Source: Squalus acanthias (Eukaryota). From it: DNA of 64,000 nt. A program made the position numbers and the translations under genes. The first letter of the stretch is position 1. The number at the start of each line of letters is the position of its first letter. The notes below the pieces were generated by a model. The model was given only the letters and a program-made list of their open reading frames with translations. It was not told the DNA's origin and did not search any database. This document shows positions 48,856 through 59,774 of this stretch, piece after piece. The stretch lies in assembly GCA_030390025.1 (NCBI GenBank), contig CM059431.1:130326001-130390000 (forward strand), in the 5' to 3' direction.

Positions 48856-49194
48856 AGTAAGAGCCACATCATACATACCACACATATCAAATGTCAGCTC
48901 CTGATCCCACTATTTCAATACTCCCAGCTGCTGTGCTACTCTGGGTTTTTTTCTTGTTTACCTGCACTGATATTGCAGATTTAGGCACATTCCTTCTTAG
49001 CACTCAATTCCCTCTCTCCTGTTGGGAGATGAAGCTCAACTGGGATTCCTCCCCACAGTCAAAATTACCTTGATGGCTTGAAATTTTGGAATCTTTAAAT
49101 AAAGACAAACTTACTTAATATCTAGATGAACAGAAAATAATTAGAAAGCAGCAAGATATAGACTATTAAAGTCGAGATGTAATGGTGAAACTAT

Positions 49195-50610
49195 GCAAGA
49201 ACATAGGAGCAGGAGTAGGCCATACGGCCCCTCGAGCCTGCTCCACCATTCAAAAAGATCATGACTGAACTTTTACATCAACTCCACTTTCCCGCTCTAT
49301 CCCCACATCCCTTGATTCCCTTAGTGCCCAAACACCTAATGCTCTAAGTCTTAGATATACACAACGACTGAGCCTCCACAGCCTCTGGGGTAGAGAATTC
49401 CAAAGATCCACCACCCTCTGAGTGAAGAAATTTCACCTCATCTCAGTCCTAAATGGCCGACCCCTTACCCTGAGATTATGACCCCTAGTTCTAGACTCTC
49501 CAATCAGGGGAAACAGCCTCTCCCTGTCAAGACCTCTGAGAATTTTATACATATCAATGAGATCACCTCTCATTCTTCTAAACTGCAGAGAATATAGGCC
49601 CATTCTACTCAATCTCTCCTCATAGGACAGCCCTCTCATCCCAGGGATCAATCTAGTGAATCTTCGTTGCACCCCCTCTAAGGCAGGTACATCCTTCCTT
49701 AGGTAAGGAGACCAAAACTGTACACAGTACTCCAGATGTGGTCTCACCAAAGCCCAATATAATTGCAGCAAGACTTCCTGGGGGAGAAATTCATTATAGC
49801 CCCATTTGGTGCGCTAACTATTAACATTTGAGAAAATTAGCGCCAGGCGCTAATGTTTCTCAACTTGTAAAAAATTCGGGTTTTGCGCTAAATCAAGCGC
49901 TCCACTTCATTCCTGGAGTGCAACAGGCAGCAGGCGGGGCGGTAGGGGTGCAGCGCTGCACACTGGGCTGTGCAGCGCTGCCGCGTTGGAAGGCTCCTTC
50001 CCTCCCTTAAAGGGAAGGGCCATCGCTGCAGGCTCTGCAAGAGGAAAACTTAACTGGTCCCCGACGGCAGCCACGATCTGGCCCGATCGGCCCGATGCAC
50101 TGCAGCAGAGTGCCGGGCTGATTGATGGGTGGCGACGAAACAAAAAAAAACGCAAAGAGCATTTCAGATTTTTTTTTAACCTACCTCGGCCACCTCGCCT
50201 TTAAGTATCGCCCCCGAAGCACCCGGCCTCCCGATCAACGCCTCCTGCAGCTGTCGGTGTCATCGCCCGGTGATGCTGCAGGGGATGGAAATGAATTTCG
50301 GGTCCGGGGTGCTACCGGAGTGATGCGCAGCCGGATGACGTCATGATCCCCGGGTGTAGGAGATTGTGGCGCTAAGGGTTACCGCCGCTGCAAACCGCCA
50401 GGTGAATTTCACGGGCGGCAGTAACATCGCCGCGCCCGGGTGATATGTCCTTAGCGCCCCGTTTTCACCCCCCAGAGGCGCAAATGGGAGGTGCTAAGGC
50501 ACCGAATTTCTAGCCCCCTTACTCTTATACTACATCCCCCTTGCAATAAAGGCTAACGTAGCATTTGACTTCCTAATTGCTTGCTGTTCCTGCAGGTTAA
50601 CTTTCTGTAA
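49195..50610 (-). mobile_element. CR1 3' fragment interrupted by a MITE
   Basis: ORF 49433-49771 [20 protein letters not shown]; sequence resumes at 50517. Confidence 0.9.
49780..50516. mobile_element. Harbinger-type MITE
   Basis: gggggagaaattc...gaatttctagccc with CCT duplication (49777-49779 and 50517-50519). Confidence 0.88.
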
Positions 50611-50724
50611 AATCTTAGTAAGAACACAGTTGGGCTACTGTGTGCTGTTTTGAATTCCATACTAGTGGAAGGATGTTGAGGCAATAGAGAGGGTACAGTG
50701 CAGATTCACCAGGAAGTTGCCTGG

Positions 50725-52144
50725 TGTAGGGGGTGGTGTGTGGGTCAGCCTCGCCACTGACTTATGAGCGGTTCGAATCGCTCCCACTCCCTTGATTCTA
50801 GACCTTGGGCTTATTTGGGGGTTGTGACTAAAGTGCAGCAGACAACTGGTTTTGGTGCAAGAAACTTTGATCTTTATTCAAGAAAGAAAATACAACACAA
50901 CAATCTTATACTCGAATAAAAAATGGGGAACATTTTTATACATACGAGGGAAATACAGTAGAAAATACCTCACCGCTCCCGATCCCACTTCCTAGCTAAG
51001 TTGGACTCTAGAGGACCAGGGATAATGCTCACCAAACGAATCCTTGACAGTTGAGCTGGTTCGCGGTTTCGGGGTTCGCTGGATGTGTTGGTCGGTGTCT
51101 GCCGTACCCCGGACGCGGTAGAGGACTTCGACTGCTGGTCAGTCTTCGCGAGTCTGCTGATGCGGTAGGGTGCGTTTTGGATTTATGGGGTGAGTACGCA
51201 CTTTCCTTCTGTAGAGATAGGGTTTAGAGTTCCTTTTAAGTAAAAATTTTACCCGGGGGTAAGTCAGGAATAGATTGTAGAGTGGAAAACTTTCGAATCT
51301 TCGGTTTTCTCCTGAGTTGTTTTTCTTTGGTCGCGGTGGCTCGATATTACCAGGTTGGTTGGTGGTAATATTTTGTTGGTAGTTTCGTAAGGCTCTTGTT
51401 GCCGCGATGTGTCCGATGATGTCCTGGGTCACTGAAGCTGTTGAACTTGGGTGTACGGTAGAATGCTGCCCCGTCTCGATGCTCCGGTTTCTTCTTGTGT
51501 GTTGCTTCTCGAGAGAACTGACTTCTTGAGAAAACAGGCCTTCAATTATACTTTGAGGGGTCTTCTAATCTGCGCGCCAAATCAGTCCCGGTTTAGTGTT
51601 TGATTTGGGCGGGCTCGTTAATGGTAACTTGATTAGAAATGTGTAAAATGGTTTCGGGATGCTGTACTGATTATTCAGTGAGCTGTTGAGCTCCTAGTTA
51701 ATTGTCATAGCTATACTCAGGTTTCGAGTCTCCTGTCTGAGCCCGAGATTTCTCTGTAGGTTGGCGAGGTGATTTGCATTATGCATGTTTTGGATGGGTC
51801 CTGTGTTTTGGGTGGGGACTGCTCCTCTGTGGGTCGATGGTTAGGATGTTAATGTCTGATAGGGGCTGAGTGAGGTCACACAGTTCCCCAGACAATTTGA
51901 TTTACTCCAATACCCAAACTGTCTTTACAGAGGTTGTACCCATTCCCTGTTGCAGCCTTTTCTCCCTTTACAGGCCCAACATGCCTTTTAAAAATGCCAA
52001 ATCTTGGTTTACGACCTTGAATCTCCCTCTGTTAGGCCCAAAACGTATTTTATCATCCTGAAGCTTGTTAGAAAGAGTGCAAAGTCATTTTCCTTAGGGT
52101 TTTCTTCTAGCTTTGGGGTATCTGTGAATTTTGGGAATCTTACA
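50725..52144 (-). mobile_element. Solo LTR (1420 bp) of an LTR retrotransposon or ERV; strand tentative
   Basis: TGTA...TACA termini and a 4-bp duplication CTGG (50721-50724 and 52145-52148) splitting a CR1 fragment; minus-strand ATGCAAAT (51772-51779), TATAA (51546-51550) and AATAAA (50873-50878) in U3-R order. Confidence 0.8.
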
Positions 52145-52339
52145 CTGGTAAGAAGAAATATAAATACAACAAATGACTTAAACATTGGAGCTGTTTTCTA
52201 TGAACAGAGAAGATTATTGGTTGATTTAATAGAGTTGTTTAAAATTATGAAACAATGGGACAGAGTAGTTGGGGACAGGGCAAGACAGTAGGATTAGGAT
52301 TACTGCTCGTGTGGCACAGACTGGTCAAGTTGAATGGAG

Positions 52340-52980
52340 AGTTTCCGTATTGTATTTTCATAGAAATACAGTGAAGTTACAACATGGAAACAGGCCATTC
52401 GACCCAACTAGTCTTGTCAGCATTTAACCTCACACAAGTGAATACTTATAATCACATTTACCCACCATATGCCTTTAATCTCTTTATCCATATATCCATA
52501 TAATCTTGAATGTTGACATCATTTCTGCTCAAGGACGTGAATTCTACAGCCTCACAACTCTCCTGCTCTCTGTTCTCAATCTTTCACATTTCTTCTTGTA
52601 GCTATCTCCCCTTGTTCTTGGCCCTTCAACTATTGGAAACTGAATGCTTCCATCTCTCCTGTCCCATACTTTTGTAATTTTAAACATTTCGATCATTACG
52701 CCCCATAATCTGTAATCTAACAAAAAAGACTAAAACTTTACGGTTTTCATATTTGCATTTGCCTAATACCAGGCAGCATCCTAGTGAATGTACCCTTTCT
52801 AACACCTTAGTAACCTTCTTATAGTGTGGAGCCCATTACTACATACAGTACTTTAACTGCGGTATTATCAAGGTTTTAAATAGGGTAATCATTACCTCTT
52901 AGCTTTCATAATTCTATACCTCTTGTGATAAATCCTCAAAATTTAATTGGCTTTTTTACAGCTTTATCAACCTAAGGTGC
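52340..52980 (-). mobile_element. Old CR1 3' fragment
   Basis: gaaacaggccattcgacccaac tail-proximal motif as at 18115; degenerate ORF2 C-terminus. Confidence 0.7.
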
Positions 52981-53403
52981 TGCTATGTAGTCCTGTATGG
53001 GCCTAAAAAAAGTGCAGGTTGTCAGCAAATATTCCATCTATGTTTGGAAACTCGTTCAGACATTGCAAAGCTAGAGATAGCTGTGAGAAGACCTCAGATA
53101 AAGACAAATTCATTATCAAATCCATTATCATAGGAATATTTGCCTCTTGGCAGTGATTAAAGATCTGACATCCCACATAGCTGCCCTAACTCAGTAAGAG
53201 GAACCTTGCTTTAAGGATTATGTTAAAGTGCACCAGGCCTATGGAGCCAATGCTGAAAGTGCCACATGCCTTCCAAATATCCTTTAGCAGTAAAAGAATC
53301 TTACGCATCTGGACTAGGTGACACAGGATAGGAAACTAGCAGTATGGTATGAAGACAACTAACCCTCAATAACTCTCTGTCTTAACATCCCAATAGTGAC
53401 CAT

Positions 53404-56400
53404 GGATTAAAAATTCGGTTGTTTAACGCCACCCGTTACCAGCATATGGCGAAAAACGGCAGCCGCAGCTCTTCCACCAGCTGGTGGCGGGTCTCCCGGC
53501 GGCCGCCATTTTGCGAGGGGCAGCAGCGCTGCTGATAAACGTGATCACTGGAGGAATTGAAATTAACCAGATCATGCCATCAGTGAGTGTGCAAAGCTCA
53601 CTTGACGCCCGATCTATAGCATTTGATTTTGCTGTTTAACTTACCGGCATGCCTGAACAATGACAGGCAGAGCAAGGGTTCAACAGCAGGAAGGAGACTC
53701 CAGCAACGATATTTAAATGGATGATCAGCAATCAGTTGCACCTGACATGGTTATGCAGTTTGACTGGCTCTGTGCTACGTTCTGCAACTCCACCAGCTTT
53801 GCTGTGCCAGCAATCTTCCAGCCACCGCAGCAAACTCGAGGGTGACTGCTCGGAGACAAGGGCTATCCGCTCTCCACCTGGCTCATGACTCCCCTCCGCA
53901 ACCCCAACACTCATGCCCAGCACTCATATAATGAGAGCCAAACTTCCACCAGGAACATCATCCAGCAGACCATCGGGCTACTGAAACAATGTTTCGCTGC
54001 CTTGACCGCTCGGGAGGAGCCCTCCAGTACATGCCGGAGCGGGTGTCCCATTTCGTGGTGTCTGCTGCATGCTTTACAACTTGGACATCATGAGGGCGCA
54101 GCCTTTGCCACCAGGGATTGCGGCACCACCTCAGGAGGACGAGGAGGAAGAGGAGGAAAAGGACGAGGAGGGAGGGAGGAGGCAGGCACCCAATCGTCCT
54201 TCCAGATAGGCTCTCCGTGAACGGCTCATCAGACTCCGATTCCAATGAATGAAACACCAGATCCCTGTTGCTCACCACATCCCCATCATACCATCCTTGT
54301 CACACGTCATATCACAGCATCCTCCTGGGCACAAAGCTGAAATGAGAGACACCACAAATCATTCTAAACAAAATGAATAAATAGATCACAAATCAATTCA
54401 CACATATTTACATGAAAAATATTAACTAATCACCCTTGTGCAATCCCTTAGTGTCTGTCTTCCATGTGCCTTTTCCTAACCTAGTGCTCCTACGAAGTGC
54501 TCCCCCAGTGGCTGCAGCATAGCTGGTGGAAGGCTGCTGACTTTCCATGCAGGAGACTTCAGATGGCCTTGCAGGACGACCTCGAGCAGCTCTGACCCTT
54601 GAATGCCCGGCAGTAGACTGCACCACCTCGGCATGGGCGACAGCAGTCTGGGGTAGCTGGCTGATGGACAGCTTCAAGAGCAATGGTGGAGTGACAGAGG
54701 TGAGAACAGGAATACTGTCATCTGGACAGTGGACAGCAGGGTCCTGCTGCACTGACCCACTGCCACATGTCTGGGGCGGTGCCTTAGCATTCCTAGCAAC
54801 CTGTTGGAGCACAGACTGCTGGTCTGCTGCGACACCCTGAAAGCCCTGGTCGACAGTGGTAAACCCAGCCATGATGGCAGCAGTCCAAGCTTGGGTGGCT
54901 TCAAGCTGAGATTGCATGACAGCAATCTCAGCTTGGGTGGCATCATGCTGAGACTGCATGAGAGCATTCTGAGCTTCCGCTGAAGCACTAAGACATTGGG
55001 TCGCTTCCACTTGTGCTGCCATGGAAGCTGCAACATCGCCCATCATGCACCCCATCATGTCTGGGTCACCATGGTCTCTTTGGGAGTGTACCATCATTTC
55101 CAGGCTGGAAATCGTGGGCACAGAGTCCCGTGCAATGTTGGAAGCGGACTCCTCCATGCTCCTTGACACTGCCGAGAGGCTCTCTGGCAGGCTTGCCATT
55201 GCGCCCATCAATTTGGTGTGCTTGCCCATCACCCTTCTTCTGAAGGCCTCCCCATAACCCTGCAAATTTCTGGGTCCTGTGCAGCAGAGCTCGCCCTCTG
55301 GGGAGCTAGCCCCCAAGCTACCCTTTCCCCCGGCCTTGCTGCAGCCCACTCGTGCCCGGTACCTCACCCTGTGGAGATCCCGCTTCTACACTAGCCTCTA
55401 AGTGAGAGATGCAGTGAGGTGGTGTCTTCTGCCTCCTCCTCTTCTCCCCCCTCGCTCTCTGCGATGACATCGGAGACAGGCTGCTTGGGTGTTTGTTGAT
55501 TATCTGAAAGCACAAATTCTCAAGAGTCGGGTTATGGTGAGGGGAGGTGGGGGTGACGGGGAAGTCAGAAATGCATGCATACAGCATGAGTAGCTTGAAA
55601 GTGAGAAAAGATTGCAGGCTGAGGGGGAAGTGAAATGTGAAAAGAAGGATTAGGAACGAGCATACCAAGGGGTTGAACCTCGCCGGTTGCCACGGCCTCT
55701 ACCACTTGCCACCCAATTAGCTGGAGTACTCGCTCCTCCAGCTGGCTGAAGTGCTGAGTGTCCACCTGGAGTCCGCCTGTCTGCTGCTGCTCCGGGCAAT
55801 TATGTGCCAGCTTGGCCTGCAAGAGAAAGAGAAGTTTGTGAGTGAGTGTGATGCAATGTGTTTGGTGATGTGGTTGCCATAGTTGAATAGCTGTCAGTGT
55901 GTACATGGCGTGAGACGTGGGTGTGAGTGTTGCAGCAGTGGTAAGGTTGTGAGGGTGAAGTGAAGTTATGATTCTGAGGTGTGAGTGGTGAAAGGTAGAG
56001 ATTGTTAGTTGGTGAGTGCTGGGGGTGTGGTGCATTGAGTAGTGTGTGAGGCTTGTGGTGCAGATGGTGGTATGTGGCATTTGCTAAAACCTTCACTCAC
56101 CTTGGCCACCCGTGTGAGCTCCACAGTACTCGGCGTTACATGGTCCGCTATCTCCTGCCACATGGTACAGGATGTTAGGGCGAGGGCTTCCTTGCCACTT
56201 TGCGGATAGAGGACAGCCTCCTCTCCATGGCCACTACGAGTGCCTCCAGATCTTCATCGGAGAACCTCCTGGCTCTCTCCCTGCTACGACAATCTGCCAT
56301 GTGTGCACAACTCTTGCTTGTCCTTGAGCTTCTCCTTCTGGTGGTTGGGGCAGCTGCAAAACCAACTGCCCTGACAATGAGGTGCTGTAGCATCAATGCA

Positions 56401-56560
56401 CCTCCCCTTTCAGTAGTGGCACACATGACTGCGAATTAGACTGGCCCTGATAGTGGTACACCTGTTGAGCATTAAGCCAATGAGCATCAGTTTCAGCGCT
56501 GAAATCAAGGGCTACAATATCATTACAGCCAAGGAATGGGCAGTGTTTAGACTAAAAATG
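53404..56560. mobile_element. Harbinger transposon (partial transposase on +, 3-exon Myb/SANT gene on -)
   Basis: Left end ggattaaaaattcggtt; [23 protein letters not shown] (53885-54220); RERARRFSDEDLEALV (56175-56426); long last-exon ORF 54426-55367. Confidence 0.9.
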
Positions 56561-56685
56561 GTGAATTAGCGGCAGGTGAAAATTGTTTAGACTGTACGCA
56601 AAGTTTGTCCTCATTCTCATTAAAATGATTGCAGCCATAAATCTAGTCTAAAAACCCAAGCTCATTGGCGTTACACCGAAAAGAT

Positions 56686-57334
56686 CACGCCTTGGCATGC
56701 CATCCTGCCGTCCGGCGGAGGCGAAAGTCCCCAATGGAGGGCTCTCTACGCGGGAGTCTTCCCTTGTTCTATTGGGGACTTGGCCTGGAGGGTGTTGCAC
56801 GGAGCAGTCCCGTGCAATAGGGTTTTAAATAGGTTTACGGACTCCCAGGCTGCTTGCCATTTTTGCAGCCTGGAGGAGTCCATCTTTCATATATATACGG
56901 AGTGTGAGAGGTTGCAGCCCCTCTTTCATTATTTGAAGGGGCTGCTCCTCGATTTTTGGTTGCACTTCAGCCCCACGCTCCTGATCTACGGTCACCCGGT
57001 GCGGAGGGGAGCGGGCAGGTCGGAGGACCTCCTTGTAGGACTGCTCCTGGGCCTGGCTAAAAAAGCCATTAATTGGTCCAGGCAGCGGGCGGTCGAGGGG
57101 GTCGTTCGGCCCGATTGCCTGCCTCTCTTCCGCGGCCATGTTCGCGCCCGGGTGGCCCTGGAGATGGAGCACACGGTGTCCGCCGGCACGCTTGAGCTTT
57201 TCCGGGACCGGTGGGCGCCGCGGGGACTGGAGTGCATCGTCATCCCGGGCTACCAAATTTTAATTTAATTTGTTAAGTTTCATTTAAAGTTTTATTGATT
57301 TACAGGTATTTGTTTTCGTGCCCAATCAAAAGAG
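56686..57334 (+). mobile_element. Tx1/L1-clade LINE 3' end with a zf-RVT-type CCHC domain
   Basis: WRVLHGA...ACHFCSLEESIFHIYTECERL; 14-bp duplication tacaccgaaaagat (56672-56685 and 57335-57348). Confidence 0.85.
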
Positions 57335-57426
57335 TACACCGAAAAGATGGACCAATATCGGGTGTAGTCTAAACGGAAGTAATGATTGCCACAGGCTTTT
57401 TTCACTGCTTAAAGGGGAGGTCCATT

Positions 57427-58641
57427 TAAAAAAAAAGTTTATGGGATGTGGGCGTCGCTGGCAAGGCCAGCATTTATTGCCCATCCCTAATTGCCCTTGA
57501 GAAGGTGGTGGTGAACTGCCTTTTTGAACTGCTGCAGTCCGTGTGGTGAAGGTACTCCCACAGTGCTGTTAGGTAAGCAATTCCAGGATTTTGACCCAGC
57601 GACGATGAAGGATCGGCGATATACTTCTAAGTCAAGATGGTGTGTGACTTGGAGGGGAACTTGGAGGTGGTGGTGTTCCCATGCACTTGCTACCCTTGTC
57701 CTTCTAGGTGGAAGAGGTCATGGGTGTGGGAGGTGCTGCCGAAGAAGCCATGGCAAGTTTCTGCAGTGCATCTTGTAGATGGTACACACTGCAGCCACGG
57801 TACGCTGGTGGTGGAGGGAGTGAATGTTTAAGGTGGTGGATGGGGTGCCAATCAAGCGAGCTGCTTTGTCCTGGATGGTGTCGAGCTTCTTGAGTGTTGT
57901 TGGAGCTGCACTCATCCAGGCAAGTGGAGAGTATTCCATCACACTCCTTACTTGTGCCTTGTAGATAGTGGAACGGCTTTGGGGAGTCAGGAGGTGAGAC
58001 ACTCGCTGCAGAATACCTAGCCTCTGACCTGCTCTTGTTGCCACAGTATTTATGTGGCTGGTCCATTTAAGTTTCTGGTCAATGGTGACCCCCCAGGATG
58101 TTGATGGTGGGGGATTCAGCGATGGTAATGCCGTTGAATGTCAAGGGGAGGTGGTTAGACTCTCGCTTGTTGGAGATAGTCATTGCCTGGCACATCTGTG
58201 GCGCGAATGTTCCGTGCCACTTTTCAGCCCAATCCTGAATGTCGTCCAGGTCTTGTTGCATGCGGGCATGAACTGCTTCATTATCTGAGGAGTTGTGAAT
58301 GGCACTGAACACTGTGCAGTCATCAGCGAACATCCCCATTTCTGACCTTATGTTGGAGGGAAGGTCATTGATGAAGCAGCTGAAGATGGTTGAGCCTAGG
58401 ACACTGCCCTGAGGAACTCCTGCAGCGATGTCCTGGGGCTGTGAGGATTGACCTTCAACCACCACAACCATCTTCCTTTGTGCGAGGTATGACTCCAGCC
58501 CGTGGAGGGTTTTCCCCCCAATTCCCATTCAGTTCAGTTTTACTAGGGCTCCTTGATGCCAGACTCGGTCAAATGCTGCCTTGATGTCAAGGGCAGTCAC
58601 TCTCACCTCACCTCTGGAATTCAGCTCCTTTGTCCATGTTT
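57427..58641 (-). mobile_element. Second copy of the 29950 LINE family (RT 3' part, tail)
   Basis: GVPQGSVLG...MFADD (58079-58528) and QVRSVMEYSPLAW (57718-58044). Confidence 0.92.
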
Positions 58642-58693
58642 GTCCAGGCCTCTGGAATACTAGCCCAGTGACATTACCACTACGCTACCTTAC
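58642..58693 (-). mobile_element. tRNA-like SINE head fragment with Pol III A-box
   Basis: The minus strand reads gtaaggTAGCGTAGTGGtaatgtcactgggctagtattccagaggcctggac; TAGCGTAGTGG fits the A-box consensus TRGCNNARYGG. Confidence 0.65.
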
Positions 58694-59774
58694 CCATTGA
58701 TGCTGCAGCATCTCATTCTCAGCATTGTTGCGTGTGCAGCTGCCTCAACAACCATAAGAAGAAGGACAAAGAGAAAGACCACTTATTTACAAATGCTGAT
58801 GGCAGATCGCCGCCCCAGGCAGAGAGCCCGTGGGTTTTCCGAGGAAGCTTTGGTTTAAACAGTGGAGAGAAGGCGGGCGGTCCTGTACCAACTGGCAGGA
58901 GGTCCTCGCCACAAGTCTGCCGGACTATGTGGAGGGAGGTGGCACACCACGTCACGGGCAGCACTGTGGTCTCCAGGTCCCACCCCCAGTGCAGGAGGAA
59001 GTTTAACAAGCTCACACGGTGGTCAGGGTGAGTAAAGGCTTCAACAAATGCTAAATACCACCATCTGTACCACAAGCTTCACACACTGCTCAATCTACCA
59101 CTCCCCCAGCACTCACCCACCAACAATTTCTACCCAGCAACACTCTCACCCACATCTCACACCTTGCACACAATGACAGCTATTCAACTATGGCCGGTAC
59201 AAGGGTCATTAGTTATTAGAATTCATGTGATAAGTGTGATATATTTATAGATACATTTATTAATGGTGTTTGGAATATTTTGTGGTCTCTCTCATTTAAC
59301 CTTTGCGCCGAGGAGGATGCTGTGATACGCCATGAGAGAGGGATTGTATGATGGGGATGTGGTGAGCTATGGGGATCTGCCATTTCATTCATGTGAATCG
59401 GAGTCTGATGAGCCGGTCAATGACAGCTCGTCCAGAAGGCCGATTGTCTCGCTGCCTCCGCCCTCCCTCCTGTTCCTCCTCCTCGTCCTCTAACTCCATG
59501 TCCTCCTCTGTCTCATCCTCCTACTCCTCCTCCTCCTCCTTCTCATCCTCTTCCTCCTCATCCTCCTCTGCCTCGTCATCCTCCTGAGGTAATGCCGCAA
59601 TCCTACACCCCCATGACTGTGAGGAAGTGTTGTGAGCAGAAGCCTTTAACAAATAATGAGTGACTTCTGCACTTGAATGAACAGTCCCTGTCACCAAAAA
59701 ATCTTGAAATAACTAAAGAGAGCTGTTTCAGTTACAGGAAGTAGCAAACAGGCACTGAAACTGCAAAACCCTGT

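Larger units (their letters stand above)
56585..59765. mobile_element. Fourth Harbinger copy (Myb exon 1 on +, transposase ends on -), internally deleted and interrupted twice
   Basis: 57349-57426 and 58694 onward match 22275-22400; RTMWREVAHHV...QCRRKFNKLTR followed by donor gtgagt at 59028; 59605-59760 matches 25274-25440. Confidence 0.8.

Noticed and set aside
48856..48885. True start codon of CR1 ORF1
   Set aside because: Similarity to CR1 ORF1 stops near 48855; the upstream start comes from flanking DNA.
54426..55367. 313-aa ORF as a novel host gene
   Set aside because: It is homologous to broken copies at 23191-24186 and 41880-42740 and is the last exon of the Harbinger Myb/SANT gene.
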